Assembly: GCA_951406725.2 (NCBI GenBank)
Contig: OX597818.1
Coordinates: 5,022,001 to 5,086,000 of the forward strand
Length of the DNA: 64,000 nt
Direction of reading: 5' to 3'
From: Octopus vulgaris
Taxonomy: Eukaryota
This document shows positions 1 through 12,629 of this stretch, piece after piece (the stretch's first letter is position 1; the number at the start of each line of letters is the position of its first letter). The notes below the pieces were generated by a model. The model was not told the DNA's origin and did not search any database. It saw nothing but the letters and a program-made list of their open reading frames with translations. The position numbers and the translations under genes are program-made.

Positions 1-1330
1 ATTCTCCTGAGAGCCGTGTAGGAAGTACTTCCCCTCAGATCAGCATTAGCTGTGGAGACTGAATTGATACTGCTGGTTATCATCATTGTGAATATTACGC
101 AAAGTAGTAGCATGTTCTGATTAATATTACACTAGTTGGAGCAAGTGTGTAATCACTTGTGTGTAATCTGATGGAATATTCTAATGCAGTGAAACAACAA
201 TGCTGTACCATCACCATTGTGTACCATTTGGAAAGGATTGGTCTTAGGAAGGTCAACAGATTCATGAACTGGACAGAGAAGCAAAAAATGTTTTATCATG
301 TTTGCTGCAGATGTATGCGAATGAAATAAAAAAAAAACTGAATGCAGAAAATTCCCTAGTAAGTAGTATAACAATATATCCTTGTATAGTTGAAATGCTT
401 ATGAATGTAAGCAATTTCTTGTGGTAGCTGCATTAATAATTGGAAGAAAAATGTATATTACTACATGAACCAAATGAACCCAGGCATTCCCTGGTAGCAG
501 CAATGCTTCTTAATACTGCTAGAGTGAGTGACACTATCAGACAGTTGTCGAAATTGTTGTGATCTCCAGTCGATAGATGATAAACTGAGTTTTCCGAAGC
601 ATAAGTGGTATGTAAAATATTGTAGCTATTTCAAAAATGAGCTGTTATCGTTTGTTTTCTAATTAATTAGAATCCAATAATATGTCATGATTTAGATGAA
701 AATGTGATAAGAAACTTATATTTACATAAGAAATAAAGAAATATATTGCTTTTGTAAGCAAGTGCACATTCAGAAATTAAGTAATTTTCACGCGTTCTTT
801 ACAACTGGAATATCACGAAGAACTTATTCTGTTTCAGCACGTTTCTTAACGTCAGTATGAGTGCTCATTACTATGAACTTGGAATGCAATTTTCAAGATG
901 AATAACCTGAGGCATTTAGAAAGTAATTCGATGGTTGGAATTAGCAGAAACGTATTTTATTTCGGTAAATACTTGAAAAACGAATCATTAATATACAATG
1001 AAAAGTCTGATTTTAGGCTTTCTTCGAAATATCTTATGTCACTGAAGTTCCTTTTGTTAGGCCCTTGGCGTACAATTAGCTTGCCAACATCATATTATCA
1101 TTAAATCGAAATTTACTCCACCTTCCCCCTTGTAAATTAGGTACTTATTGTCAAAAAAATTACTTTTAAATGTACTCCTCAATTCTGCCACCGAATACAA
1201 TTCATGCAACGAACAACAGAATATGGTCTCCTAAAGAATATACTGGTGACTATTGCTTAGTGAAAGTATTTGTTGGTTAATTAAATTGCTAATGCTTGGA
1301 AGGTGTGGTTCAAATTATTGGCGAGATAAA

Positions 1331-1381
<51 letters not shown>

Positions 1382-1382
<1 letters not shown>

Positions 1383-1926
1383 CATATAAAATCCGTTCTG
1401 TCTGTCTGTGTGTCTTCTAGGATCTCGGGCATCCTCCACCCGATTGCGCTCAAATTTGATATGTAGATACCGACGGTATCGGAGCGTGTATAAGTCTTGA
1501 AAAAATTACAAAAATCGATTCCAGGTGAGAATGCGATCGATAAAGCCGTGGGAACGTGCATTTGTACGCACAAGTGCATCAGCTGTTGCGATCGATACTA
1601 CGCGTACGCGAGAAAAATGCACGTGCAGTTTGCGCAAAAAAAAGTCGGCTGGCTTGAAATAATGCCACAAAATGCAGTATATTTAAGAGACATAAAAAGT
1701 AAGATGCAAAAGAGATATTTTCTTCAAACTTGGCATGAAGGAAGGAAAGACTATTTGGTTTCTCGAGAAGTGTTTTGTTTGTTTTGCCTTTACTTCGTTT
1801 AACAAAACCAAAAATTTTATTGAAATAAAGGCATGCTTAATTGTTTTTTAATGAAAAGAAAACACTGATTGCTTTTTATTCAGCAGATATGATTCAGCAC
1901 CGTCCATTGGACGGGGGCGTTTTGCT

Positions 1927-1929
<3 letters not shown>
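1382..1929 (+). mobile_element. Non-autonomous Helitron-like element
   Basis: 5' TC(A)TATAAAA start; 3' hairpin CCGTCCA-T-TGGACGG about 10 nt before a CTAG-like end (GCTCAT); sits within (TA)n; shares ~190 bp of 5' sequence and the 3' hairpin with 56088-56539 (-). Confidence 0.75.
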
Positions 1930-1978
<49 letters not shown>

Positions 1979-2180
1979 CATACGAGCAAAACGTATATAT
2001 AGTATAAGGATACAATAGAATCATGGCACATCGACACGTGGAAAACCAGAATGGCTACGTACGGTAACATAGAACTCACAGTCAGTGTTGTTAGGATATT
2101 GTAGATATGTAGGTACAAATCTAATTCAAATCGTAGATCTGACTCTGGGATGTAAGTATAAAAGTAAACACAAATAGTGC

Positions 2181-2257
2181 TTAAAATTTACGGCAGCTGT
2201 TTTGGAACAAAATATTACATCATTGCATAACTTCCACCGTCATCAGAGAAATTTTAA
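2181..2257 (-). ncRNA. Degenerate type-I hammerhead ribozyme motif (PLE pseudo-LTR)
   Basis: - strand: ttaaaattt-ct-CTGATGA-cggt-ggaa...ttcc-AAAAC-agct-GCC-gt-aaattttaa; palindromic stem III; GAAA and NUH positions mutated. Confidence 0.5.
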
Positions 2258-2752
2258 GTAGGTCAGTTTTTAAAATTAGTGTTACCTCTTGCATCAACGT
2301 GGATTGATCCAACGTCAGCTGGATGCGAGGTTCGTATAAAATTAGCATTCAGACGTATAGGAGAATTTAGGTGTGGCTTCAAAAGGCAAATTAAAAAGAA
2401 AGAAATCAAACAAACATATCTAAATTTACTTATCTAAATTTGTTCATGGTTTTACATTGGCGTCAAAAAATTGTAAGAATCACATAAATATTGCAAGCGC
2501 AGGTGAATTAAAAGATCACTTAACCGAACTGAAACTCTCAGTTTAACAGGTGATTTAAGGGATACAGCCCAAAGAGAATAAATTAAATAATTAAAGTTGT
2601 CATTACCCTCGTCCTAATTAACAATAGATAATATACACAAGTGCGTACGTATTCACACACACATACTTATATATGCATACATATACATACACTCACATAT
2701 ATGTATACACATACACATATATACACATACATATTCATATACATATAAACAT

Positions 2753-2909
2753 AGGTGTGACTGTGTGGTAAGAAGCTTACTTCCTGATGACATAATTGCA
2801 GGTTTAGCCCCACTGCGTGGCACCTTGGGCAGGTGTTTTCTACTATAGCCTCGGGCCTACCAAAGACTTGTGAGTGGATTTGGTAGACGGAAACTGTAAA
2901 AAGCCCGTC

Positions 2910-2912
<3 letters not shown>
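2753..2912 (+). mobile_element. tRNA-derived SINE, 5' part
   Basis: GTGTGGTAAGAAGCTT...CCCACTGCGTGGCACCTTGGGCA...GTGAGTGGATTTGGTAGACGGAAACTG, homologous to 37255-37603, 48115-48662 and 54031-54362. Confidence 0.8.
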
Positions 2913-2948
<36 letters not shown>

Positions 2949-2989
2949 ACGGGCATTTTACGGTTTCCGTAAAGAAGACAACATAATTA

Positions 2990-3315
2990 TCCCCTTATAT
3001 ATGGTCCTTAAAAGAAAAAGTTGTCAGCTATAAGATTCACTGGAAGATCTTGGTCAAGTGTAAACTTTGCACAACGGCAGTGGAAAGTGCGGTCTTTGCG
3101 TTGTGGAAAGATGGTTAATTTGGAAAAGTGATTTAGATCCCGCTACATGTTTAAATTCAAGAACTAAACTTTTGGAGCTATGTCCAAATATGGCAAAACA
3201 TTTGCTACGTTTTTGGACCCCCCACGATCACAGATAGAACATGGTGTTTATACGTGTATGCGTAGACATATATATGTATATGTGTGTTTGTATGTACATC
3301 CTCACACGTGCGTAA

Positions 3316-3351
<36 letters not shown>

Positions 3352-3640
3352 TTATGTGTGTGTGCGCACGTGTATGTGTGTGTATATGTGTGCATATGCG
3401 GATTCTATTAATGAAGTATTACTTTCCCCATGCCTATTGGAGTAATTTCCTTTTATTCAACGGTTTTTTTTCATAGCGTTTGTCTTGATAACTGATGAGA
3501 TGCCAGAGCAGACCTCAGCCCCAGCATCCGAAACTCGGAGTTTTATTATGACAACTAACTATTATATTTATAGATAAATTCCTCTATTTTACATAATATC
3601 GAGGTCTCATTCACTCATTTGTTGTCATATTATTATTAAT
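2990..3640 (+). mobile_element. Penelope-like element 3' end: GIY-YIG C-terminal remnant plus pseudo-LTR
   Basis: 3020-3237 translates, with a frameshift, to HWKILVKCK..NGSGKCGLCVVERWLIWKSDLDPATCLNSRTKLLELCP; paralogous to ORF 57336-57557; HHR downstream; flanked by (TA)n. Confidence 0.75.
3482..3552 (+). ncRNA. Type-I hammerhead ribozyme, intact core
   Basis: stem I gtcttgataa/ttattatgac; CTGATGA 3492-3498; stem II gatgc/gcatc; GAAAC 3530-3534; near-palindromic stem III aactc-g-gagtt; cleavage triplet GUU 3540-3542. Confidence 0.8.
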
Positions 3641-3669
3641 ATATATACATATATATGTGTGTGTGTGTG

Positions 3670-3897
3670 TTTGTGTCTGTGTTTATATGTCTTTGTGTCT
3701 GCGTTTGTCCCTCACCACCGCATGACAACCTGTTTTGGTGTGTTTACGTCCCAGTAACATAACGGTTCGGGAAAGTGAAAGATAAAATAAGGACCAGGCT
3801 TAAAAAATAAGGACTGATCAATTCGTTAAACTTAAACTCTTCAATGCGGTGCCCCAGCATGGATGCAGTTGAATGGTTAAAACAATAAAATATGAAA
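3670..3897 (+). mobile_element. SINE 3' part
   Basis: GGTGTGTTTACGTCCC..AACGGTTCGG..GCGGTGCCCCAGCATGG, as in 44900-45112, 50395-50560 and 54160-54362. Confidence 0.7.
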
Positions 3898-4999
3898 GAT
3901 GAGATGCATACACACGGAGAAAATTTGGAGATTAGATGACATAAAAAAAATTAAATTCCAAATAGCCTGCAACATATTCAAACAGGCTTTTGATAATCCA
4001 AATGATAGTTATGAGTGTAGTCTTTACTGTACCTCGTTATTGGTAATACTAAAATGTTCAAGTAATGTTTTTAATAGATCTAGTGAACTAATGGTTGAAA
4101 TGCTCGCAAGATTTTGAAACAGGTTCTTATACTTGAAACCTGCTATCTAATATGCTTTGAAGTACTCACTACTTAATACCTAATCTCTTAGAATTTATTT
4201 AACCTCTACTTTGCAACTTAATTAAGCGCACTCATCCCACTTAAATATTAGATAATATCTTTAAAAATCGATAATTTTTACTTTAATTTTATTTTGATTC
4301 CATATCTATTTCGTTGCTCACTTACCTCCAGAAGTTACCCCTTCTCAGTCTTGCCGAGTTATACTAATTTTAAAATTAGAGTAATATAATTTATGAGCGA
4401 GAGATATGCAGTAACATAGATTTAAAACAAATATAACTTATATTCAACCAAATATAGAGAAACTAAGAAGACGTAGACATATGGAAGTAGCCACGAACAT
4501 ATGTAGATAGACAAAGAACACGTAGATATAGGAAAATTGTATGGTATAATTGCTCAGAGAGTATGAACGTAGCCACGAACTTACCTAGAAAATTTCCGAA
4601 ACTCATAGATAGCATTTTCCTCACTGATATAGATAGCACAAGATATTCAATAGGAGTATGGCTAATGTGAGATATAGTTACCTTCCTGACACAGTGTCGA
4701 TCATTTTCATCCACAATATGAATAACAACATTAAGAACATCCTGCAAAGATTCTGTAATTCTAGTCACTGGAAAATTGTTCCCTGGTCAATAAGTTCCTG
4801 GGAAAAGAATTACTGTAGTAGGCCATCATCACAGATTTAAATGGCACAAAACATCCCACATAGGAACGAGGGGAAACTCCTTCAAAGAGATATACGTTCC
4901 GAGATAAAAAAACCAACAGAAGACATAAGCAATACGGCGTGCGCAAGCATACGTTCATGATGCCTTTTCCACCTTTTTACCCCTCCAACATGGATAAGT

Positions 5000-6099
5000 T
5001 ATTCTCTGGACATCGTTTATATGTATTATACGAACATTATACACTCCGACAGACATCTCTTCTCCAGCCACAGTTTCCTTTTCAAATGAAAAGAAAAAAA
5101 TGATCATAAATTGTGGCCAGAGATAAAGTTGCCTGTCTTAATTCCTTTTATCCTAGTCTTCCATACAGCCTCTTTTGCTATTGCTACAACCGTGAGAAAA
5201 CAATTCTTACCTTCGTTCGTTAAAACTCCCGGTAGGTCAATTTTTATAATTGACTCAGTCGACAGCTGTACTCTTCCTTCGCCGCCGGACAACAGGTATT
5301 CAGCATAAGCCCTCATTTCAGTTATCCTCAGACACTGAACAATAGCGCGAAGGACCGGTTTCCCTGTCCACCCCCGCATCTTGGACAGATCGGCGACTGA
5401 CGTTTACCATGTCTTGCAAACTTTTCCCAAACGGGCAAGGCACCTCTGTAGCATTGCCAAGTTAAGGACTTTTGGAAGTTGTCCAACATTCTCAACCCGA
5501 ATGTACGGTGAAACAGGCTGTCCAGTTGAATAAATCCGAGACCTAGAGTCGACTCCAGGCTATCGTCGCATTCAGACTCTACCAACCCACTATATAAAAT
5601 CCGTGTGGAACCCCCACCACTGGCGTTGCCCGAGCGCCTGAATAGCAAGAAGGCCTTACGGCACGCTTTATGCCACTTACTCGACCTCGGTCTACGAGAA
5701 CACCAGGCTTTCTGTTCGCAAAAACTTTTGAACACGGGAAACATCTGGCCAGCGGAGACCACTACCGTTCACTATCCAGGAGAATCCAGAGGTGCCTCAA
5801 CCTCAACGCATGCCTGCGCATCATTAACCAAGGCATCCCTAAACCTCCCTTTAAAGGCTTTTGACAGCAGACAGAGCACTTCACAAGTGGCGACCTGCCC
5901 TTTCACAAAAAGCGAAAGAGCTGTCTCTCCAACCTGATCAAACACAAATCCGGACAGGGCACGACGGTCAGGCGGTAGGTTATGACTGATGCGATAAACA
6001 CATTGGCCACCTCCGCTCTCCATTTCAGGGATAGCCACCGCCAAGACCAGGTCTTGACTACTGCAGCCACCCTACTCAATACGTCCGTCCAGTTCTACT
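5000..6099 (-). pseudogene. LINE ORF2 C-terminal region (zf-RVT-like), frameshifted
   Basis: LDNFQKSLTWQCYRGALPV..CPRCG..ALVQC..AIAKEAVWKTR spread over ORFs 5104-5379, 5328-5762 and 5772-6044. Confidence 0.8.
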
Positions 6100-7782
6100 C
6101 TATCTGAAGGCCTGGTTCAAACCAAACCCCCAGCACTTAACCGGTCCCTCCGTCCAGCGCCCAACAACGCTGTCTGAAGGCATCGACTTGCCAACCGAGG
6201 TGCCCAGCTGCAAGCCGACCGACTTTCCCCGGTTAATCTTTGCTCCTTCCACCTCCTCGTAAGCCCCAATAGTCTTACCCACTTCACGTAGGCGTGCTAC
6301 TGATGTTACGCTGATAGTGATATCATCCGCGTAAGCTGTAACAAACTCTTCTAGACCTGGTTCTCTCGGGATGCCACTCAACCTTCGCAGTAAGGGCTCG
6401 AGAGCCATCACATACAAAATTGGTGAGAGCGGACATCCTTGGCGAACCGAGCGTCTGATGCAGAACGGCTTCGAAAGGAAACCGTTCACCCGAACTATCG
6501 AGTCAATGTTGTGGTACAAAGCGATAAACCACCTGAAGAAGCCAAGGCTCAGGCCAAACCGCGCAAGCACAGTCGCCAGGTATCGACGGTTAACCCTATC
6601 AAAAGCTTTAGACTGGTCCAAATGTACCAATGCCCCACCTTTGCCAGATTTATTACCAACCCTCTCTGTGGTATAGCGAATAAGATAGAGGGTATCCGGA
6701 ACGGTTCTGCCTGGGATGGTACATGCCTGTGCCTCCCCGACTATACCATTCGCGACACGCGCCAACCTTTTTGCTAAGACCTTGGCCAAAATCTTCACTT
6801 CTGCGTTTAACAGAGTGATGGGCCTGAAATTCTCTATAACGTCCCCCTTATCCGGGTCATTTCTGACTAACGTCACTACTCCCCGGTGCACAGATCTGGG
6901 GATAAACCCATTCTGTTGCCAGTTTACGTACACGTCTGCCAGTAGTTGCCCGAACAAGTTTGGCATACATTTATACAGCTCGTACGGAAGACCATCAAGT
7001 CCCCGCGACTTACCCGCTTTACAGTCGGCCAAAGCCTCCATCACCTCCACAGGCATGATTGGCCCTTCGCAAGACTCCGCATCCGACCCCGAGAGGCACG
7101 GCAGCCCGGCAAGAAAGTCCTCGAGAGCTCTCCCACCACCAGGACCGCCGTCACCCCCGAACAGCTGGGCGAAGTACTCCTGAAAGACCTCACACATTTT
7201 CTCGGGTTCGTTTATCAAGACACCATTTTGATTCGTCAAAGACCGAATAGAGGAGCTATTTCCTTGCCGAGCTTCCACCACTCGGGCCTTGATTCCTTCA
7301 CTTCCCATCGCACGTAACTTAGCTCTGGCAATACTTCCCATGTGTTGGGCTTCAAGATGCTGGTTCAACTCCAGTCTTTTCACTCTCGCTTGGTCCGCAT
7401 TACCAGTCCTCCAGGCTTCTTCCAATTCCTTAGCTAGACCATCTCCTATCCTACGTCCCTTCTTAGCTAAACTTATGCTAAACGTAATAGACTCATATTT
7501 GATGGCTCTTTTTAGGGCGTACCACCATTTGTTATTAATGATGGTACCTGTTAATGCCCCCTGTATTAACATCTTGATCCGCTTTCTGCACTCCTCAATC
7601 GGCAAAAGGGTCATATTGAGTTTCCAGTAGCCAGATCCCTGACTATGCAACTTATCTACCGCCAGTTTACGGGTAACCATCTTGTGGTCACTGTAGCTGA
7701 CTAGAAAAAACTGTGGACACTCGACTATGGACTTATCTGTTTCTCTAATTAAAATCCTATCTGAATATGTTCTGGAAGACAT
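6100..7782 (-). CDS. LINE ORF2 core: end of APE (SDH) plus reverse transcriptase
   Basis: 560-aa ORF containing SDHK, GYWKLN, GLDGLP, FRPITLLN, LDQSKAFDRV, RQGCPLSP and AYADD motifs. Confidence 0.92.
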   Translation of the reverse strand: MSSRTYSDRILIRETDKSIVECPQFFLVSYSDHKMVTRKLAVDKLHSQGSGYWKLNMTLLPIEECRKRIKMLIQGALTGTIINNKWWYALKRAIKYESITFSISLAKKGRRIGDGLAKELEEAWRTGNADQARVKRLELNQHLEAQHMGSIARAKLRAMGSEGIKARVVEARQGNSSSIRSLTNQNGVLINEPEKMCEVFQEYFAQLFGGDGGPGGGRALEDFLAGLPCLSGSDAESCEGPIMPVEVMEALADCKAGKSRGLDGLPYELYKCMPNLFGQLLADVYVNWQQNGFIPRSVHRGVVTLVRNDPDKGDVIENFRPITLLNAEVKILAKVLAKRLARVANGIVGEAQACTIPGRTVPDTLYLIRYTTERVGNKSGKGGALVHLDQSKAFDRVNRRYLATVLARFGLSLGFFRWFIALYHNIDSIVRVNGFLSKPFCIRRSVRQGCPLSPILYVMALEPLLRRLSGIPREPGLEEFVTAYADDITISVTSVARLREVGKTIGAYEEVEGAKINRGKSVGLQLGTSVGKSMPSDSVVGRWTEGPVKCWGFGLNQAFR

Positions 7783-8360
7783 GTCTTAACCACGTCCGCT
7801 GTGGAGTGTTTGGGTGTTCCAACCTATATGGATCTGCTAGCTGAAATTGACTGAGCAGATCTCGGAAGCCTGGGTTACATTTTCTGTTCATGATCGAGCC
7901 AACACAATCTCTGTGTGCTACACATATTGAGTTAAAGTTTCCTAACAATAATAGCGAATGGGACGTGGCTAGGTACTTGCCTATTTCACGAAAATATTCA
8001 GTTTGCGGGTCCATAATGTTGGGTGCATAAATAGCGACCAGCCTGATTGTCTTGCCACAAGTGAATGTCTGGTAAAGAACGACCAACCTGCCTTCTGGGT
8101 CAGAAAAATCCAACTGTTTCTCGGCTACCCAGTTTCTTTTTAGTAGGACAAACACCCCATCCCACCTCCCGCCCGACTCGGAGAAACGTATTTCTCGTAG
8201 CCGTTCAGGAGGGGGGGGGGCAGATCTCTTGGCCCATTCACCCGGGTTTCCGTTGCAACAATTACATCCAAATTTCTCGACCTGATGTCATTTAGGAAGC
8301 GTCTTTGCTTCCAGCTTGACATCAGGGCACGAACATTTATACAACCAATGTGAATAGACG
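7757..8360 (-). pseudogene. LINE ORF2 apurinic-like endonuclease N-terminus (frameshifted)
   Basis: GCINVRAL..DVIVATET..GRLVV..AIYAPN..LLGNFN; frame break at the G-run around 8211-8220. Confidence 0.85.
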
Positions 8361-8559
8361 TGACTTACCTTTTAGATCGGGGCGTATTGTGGAGAGGGAT
8401 TCTCCACCTTCTCTTGACTTAGGGTCGGAGATGGTAAGCCTTCAAACATGGATTGGTGAAAATCAAGTCTCCATGTTGAGACCGATTTTCTATATGTGTT
8501 AGACAACATATTGTACGTTTTTGTCGTCTAAAACATAAAATTCGTAGTTTTTATATTTC

Positions 8560-9669
8560 TCTGACAGTTCGAGTTGCTGATTTCTGGTTGTTATTTCCTG
8601 CATTAAATCTTCGTTTTTACTGTATAGTGCAGCTATTCCTTTGTTCGTCACCCCTCCGCCTTCCTCGGTCTGTCTCTCTTGGCTGTTTTATTTGGTCTCG
8701 GCTCGCTCTGCTTTTGCTGGTTCGATCCTTCCATTTTCCTTTTATGTTTATTTTTTCTTCTGTTTCTCTCTCTCTTTCTTCCTCCTCGCCGTCTGAATCT
8801 TCTACACCTTCTTTACAATATATTTTAATGTGACCCAGTTGGCCACACTGGAAACATCGGGGCTTACGCCCCTCAACAAAAGTATTTAGTAAATTCCTCC
8901 CCTACTTACACAATTTCTGGGAGCTGTTCCAAAACTTTTTGGTCAGCCTGCAATATAATGTTAAGCGTTTGACCTGTCCAATAAGTATTTTCTGTGACGG
9001 TAGACTGCAGGGGGTTAATACTATCTTTCCTGTTTGCCAGGACCGCCGCCATCAAGCACATAGGGTTTACTCCGGACGGAATTCTTGGTATTCTCACTTT
9101 TGACGTTCTCATTCCCATATAATTTGGGATTAACAGTGTCTTCCGACTCTAAATATTTTATAGAGTGATTTTGTGCCGTTTCTGCATTCTTGAACCTCAC
9201 CATGATGGTTCCAAACTTCTTCCCTCTGGCTAAATATGTAATGTCTTGCGAGATGGGTTTTAGACATTTAAAAATTTTTTGTCACATATTTTATCAATTT
9301 TACGTGCTTTTAAGCATAATGTCTTAAAAATAACGATTTTCTTTTTCTCCTCCGTTAATTCTTCTTCCTGTATTTCCACTTCTACTATTCCATCTCGTTT
9401 TGTTATCATATCTTTATATTTTAATAATTCTTTTATGTCAGTTGACAGTTGTCGCGTTCCACCAGCAGCCGCTGATGCAAAACTTTTCTTATCTTCATTT
9501 TGGATGGTCCTTCTTCTGTCTTCCTATTGGTGTTCGTAACTCTTGGTAATGTTGGAAATTCGCTTTCCGACACATCAGAAACGTTGTCAAAAATTATGCT
9601 TTCTATTTTCTTTGCTTCTCTTTCAATCGATGATTCGTCCCCCAACGAAGAACACGAACTTTTCCGCAT
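8560..9669 (-). pseudogene. LINE ORF1 (gag-like, zinc knuckle), frameshifted
   Basis: KSFASAAAG..GTIMVRF..VEGRKPRCFQCGQLGHIKIYC (CX2CX4HX4C at ~8815-8860) followed by an acidic/basic tail. Confidence 0.8.
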
Positions 9670-9832
9670 CTTGCCGGCAATTAATGTTTTCCCCCACAGG
9701 GGAAAACCACAGATAGCTTTCGAAAGAAAACTATAATACAATTTTTTCAACAATAAGTCCAACAATAAGCACAACAAGAAATATAACAATTAATAGAGAC
9801 TTACGAACACACTCCAATAATAAATTTTCAGT

Positions 9833-9900
9833 AACAGACGTACGATATACCACAATGCATTTCGCCCGGAGTGCTAACGTTTCTGCCAGCTGGCCGCCTT
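9833..9900 (-). mobile_element. SINE head (tRNA-like) abutting the LINE 5' end
   Basis: - strand AGGCGGCCAGCTGGCAGAAACGTTAGCACTCCGGGCGAAATGC, A-box-like; truncated at the LINE junction. Confidence 0.6.
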
Positions 9901-10214
9901 CGTCCTGAATATTTCTAATAACCTCGCTACCACCATGTTTGCTATCAACCTTTTCTTTCCCCAGCCTTTCTGCTACATGTCGTTATTGATACATACGTTA
10001 CAGCATGTAACAGACCTGCGTTTCGTCTTTTATCTCACCTTCCTCTATCTTTTCTAATTTATCACACCACCTCTTTTTCTCTCTCTTGCTTCTCTTTCTC
10101 TCTCATAGCGGTTTTGTATTTCTAATTTATTTAATTTTTGGTGCATTTTATTTTATTTATCCAGTGGTACCCATTCCTTCATGTTTTTATTTCATTTTTT
10201 ATGTATAGGTCTAC

Positions 10215-10500
10215 CACACATCCAAGGACATTTTGTATCTTTACATGTCAACAATTCGTCTTTGCGTAGAATACTGTTGTCATATTTGGGCAGCTGCACC
10301 ATCTTCTCACTTGGATCTCCGTGGCCGGGTTCAGAATCCTTATCACATCAACATACATCACCAGTTTTAGTCTTTTCTGTCTTTATTATCACAAGAAGTG
10401 CTCTGTTAAACTTCCTTTCTTAGTTTCCGATCACTTTGTGTAATCTCGCATGACTCGAAACTCACGGCATTTTCTCGCCTTGGTTAGGAATTTCTAATAA
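10215..10500 (+). mobile_element. Old CR1/Jockey-like LINE 3' fragment
   Basis: LYMSTIRLCVEYCCHIWAAAPSSHLDL..RVQ resembles the post-RT region of these clades. Confidence 0.55.
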
Positions 10501-10994
10501 AACAAAATAATTTCAATTTTAGGCTACTTCTATAATCACTTACAATCACTTACAATTTCATATTTATGATATTGTCTATCTTATGTGTCTTTTAACATCA
10601 ACCGCGATGATATATTTAAAGAAAGGGCAACAACCCACGAAATATGGCACGTACACTCATTACCCACTTTTGTCTCCGATCTCATTGATTGTTTACATCT
10701 GACACCTCGATACAAAACGTTGTAGCAAAGATCATTGCTGGCTATAGTTTCCATAGAATATTTGTAAAACCAGCCTTAAAAATAATGTAACAAGCACTGT
10801 TGATGCAGTAGGGTGTGGTACAGACTTATAAAAAAACATTTAGTATACTTCGTAGCATACTGTGTTTGCATAACGAAGTACCACGTACCTACAAACCTTT
10901 AATGTTTACATACCAGGTCCATGAATATGTTTAATATGTAAATTGGTATACCTAGTAACTTAATACTGCCGTATGCGGTGGCTATATAAGCAAT

Positions 10995-11559
10995 GTGTTC
11001 GGAACAAAGAATGGGTTAGACGGGTGTTGTTGAAGGGGCAACAACCCCCCCATATAAACTCATTGAATACGTTAGTCTCTGATCTCATTACTTGTTCTGT
11101 TTTGCACACCTTTTTACTTCCCCGTTCTGGGTCCCATGATGATGATGATGAGGAGGAGGAGAAGTATGATGATGCAGACAGTGGCTCTCATGGCTCCTGA
11201 TCTTAACTGATTGGAAGTGTTATGTACATTGTTTTGTCTTGGTATAAAAGATGGGCTACAACAAACATTCTGCTCAATACCACAGATTTGCTTGTCAGTT
11301 GTTTGACCTTAACCAGTTGAGCATGTCCCTTGGTGGCTGACGATATATGCATCTCTGACCATGAGCAGAAGTAGTGGGGGAGCAAAATAGCTATATGTTG
11401 ATAGGAATCCCTTGGGATTGGATAATTCACATCTGGAAACATAGGTGGTTCGTTCAACATCCTTAAACAATCTTTATTCAGGGACATTTTGAGCGAGATG
11501 GGCTACTCGACCAGAAAAAAATTCTAACTTGGCCCCACCTGCAATGTCATGCGCTGTTT
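10995..11559 (+). repeat. ~560-bp segment duplicated at 14388-14944
   Basis: Near-identical direct copy from GTGTTCGGAACAAAG to GTCATGCGCTGTTT. Confidence 0.95.
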
Positions 11560-11686
11560 ATCTCGATATAAGATAACCATGTCGCGCACACATGGTTGTG
11601 ATGCATGTTCCAGGTGTACCCTTATCAAACGGGTAGTCATGATTTTACCCCAGTGTAACTTTGATGGCATGCACGGCTCTCTCACT

Positions 11687-11746
11687 CAATAATAATAATA
11701 ATAATAATAATAATTATTATTATTATTGTTATTATTATTTTTATTA

Positions 11747-11802
<56 letters not shown>

Positions 11803-11806
11803 GTTA

Positions 11807-11852
<46 letters not shown>

Positions 11853-11855
11853 TAC

Positions 11856-11907
<52 letters not shown>

Positions 11908-11945
11908 GTTATTGTTATTATTATTATTATTACTATTACTATTAC

Positions 11946-12029
<84 letters not shown>

Positions 12030-12035
12030 CATTAC
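11687..12035. repeat. (TAA/TTA)n microsatellite, ~350 bp
   Basis: Trinucleotide run; source of the spurious poly-Y/I/L ORFs. Confidence 0.98.
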
Positions 12036-12480
12036 TATTTAAGACGTCGCACAGTAACCAATATCATGAGGTCACAACAAGAACCTCACACAGCGTGCAG
12101 TTCTAAGTAATGTCGATTTTTGCAATACGTTTAGATTGTAGGGTATTTCTAAAGTTCCAAGATGCTTTTTTTTCAGATTGGGTGGTATTGAACCCAATCC
12201 TTTGATGACAATAGGGACAACAATTATCTTTGACTCTTGTAGTTGCCATATCTTAGCTATTTCAATTCTCAGTTCTCCATATTATATTATAATATATTGA
12301 TCTCCTCGCATTGCCGCGTCAATTATTAGGCACTTTTTGTCCATCGTAAAGGTTACTAAAGGTTGTTTTAACACCTTGTCTGTTTGGAAGTCAATGTTCC
12401 AGACGAGTTTTGCCTTCCCCTTTTCGTCCATTACCTTTTCCGGTGTATGTTGGTACCAGCACCCGTTATCTCGTATCCAC
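12036..12480 (-). mobile_element. R4/Dong-like (RLE) LINE 3' fragment ending in (TAA)n
   Basis: WYQHTPEKV..KLVWNIDFQTDK..CLIIDAA..ELRIEIAKIW..VPIVI..GSIP motifs of the restriction-like endonuclease; homologous to 29600-30040. Confidence 0.75.
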
Positions 12481-12629
12481 ACGAGGAAAGTCCTAAAACA
12501 ATTATAAAAAGTATCTAAATTTCTTTATTGGGACCGTCATAATTTGAGTGCTTCTCAGGTTAATCAAAGAGTTATTCTATCCTCGTTATTGAACAGTAGC
12601 TATACTACTGAACCTTTCCTGGGTAGAAC

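Larger units (their letters stand above)
4400..9832 (-). mobile_element. Near full-length Tx1/L1-clade non-LTR retrotransposon (disrupted)
   Basis: ORF1 with CCHC knuckle followed by ORF2 with APE, RT and C-terminal Cys-His region; several frameshifts and stops; the 3' boundary is approximate. Confidence 0.9.

Noticed and set aside
5111-7630. Multiple + strand ORFs of 60-155 aa
   Set aside because: Antisense shadows of the LINE ORF2.
11203-11487. 94-aa ORF apparently conserved at 14586-14855
   Set aside because: Identity comes from the recent 560-bp duplication within a dispersed repeat, not from coding constraint.
11661-12110. Poly-Tyr/Ile/Leu ORFs
   Set aside because: Translation of the (TAT)n microsatellite.
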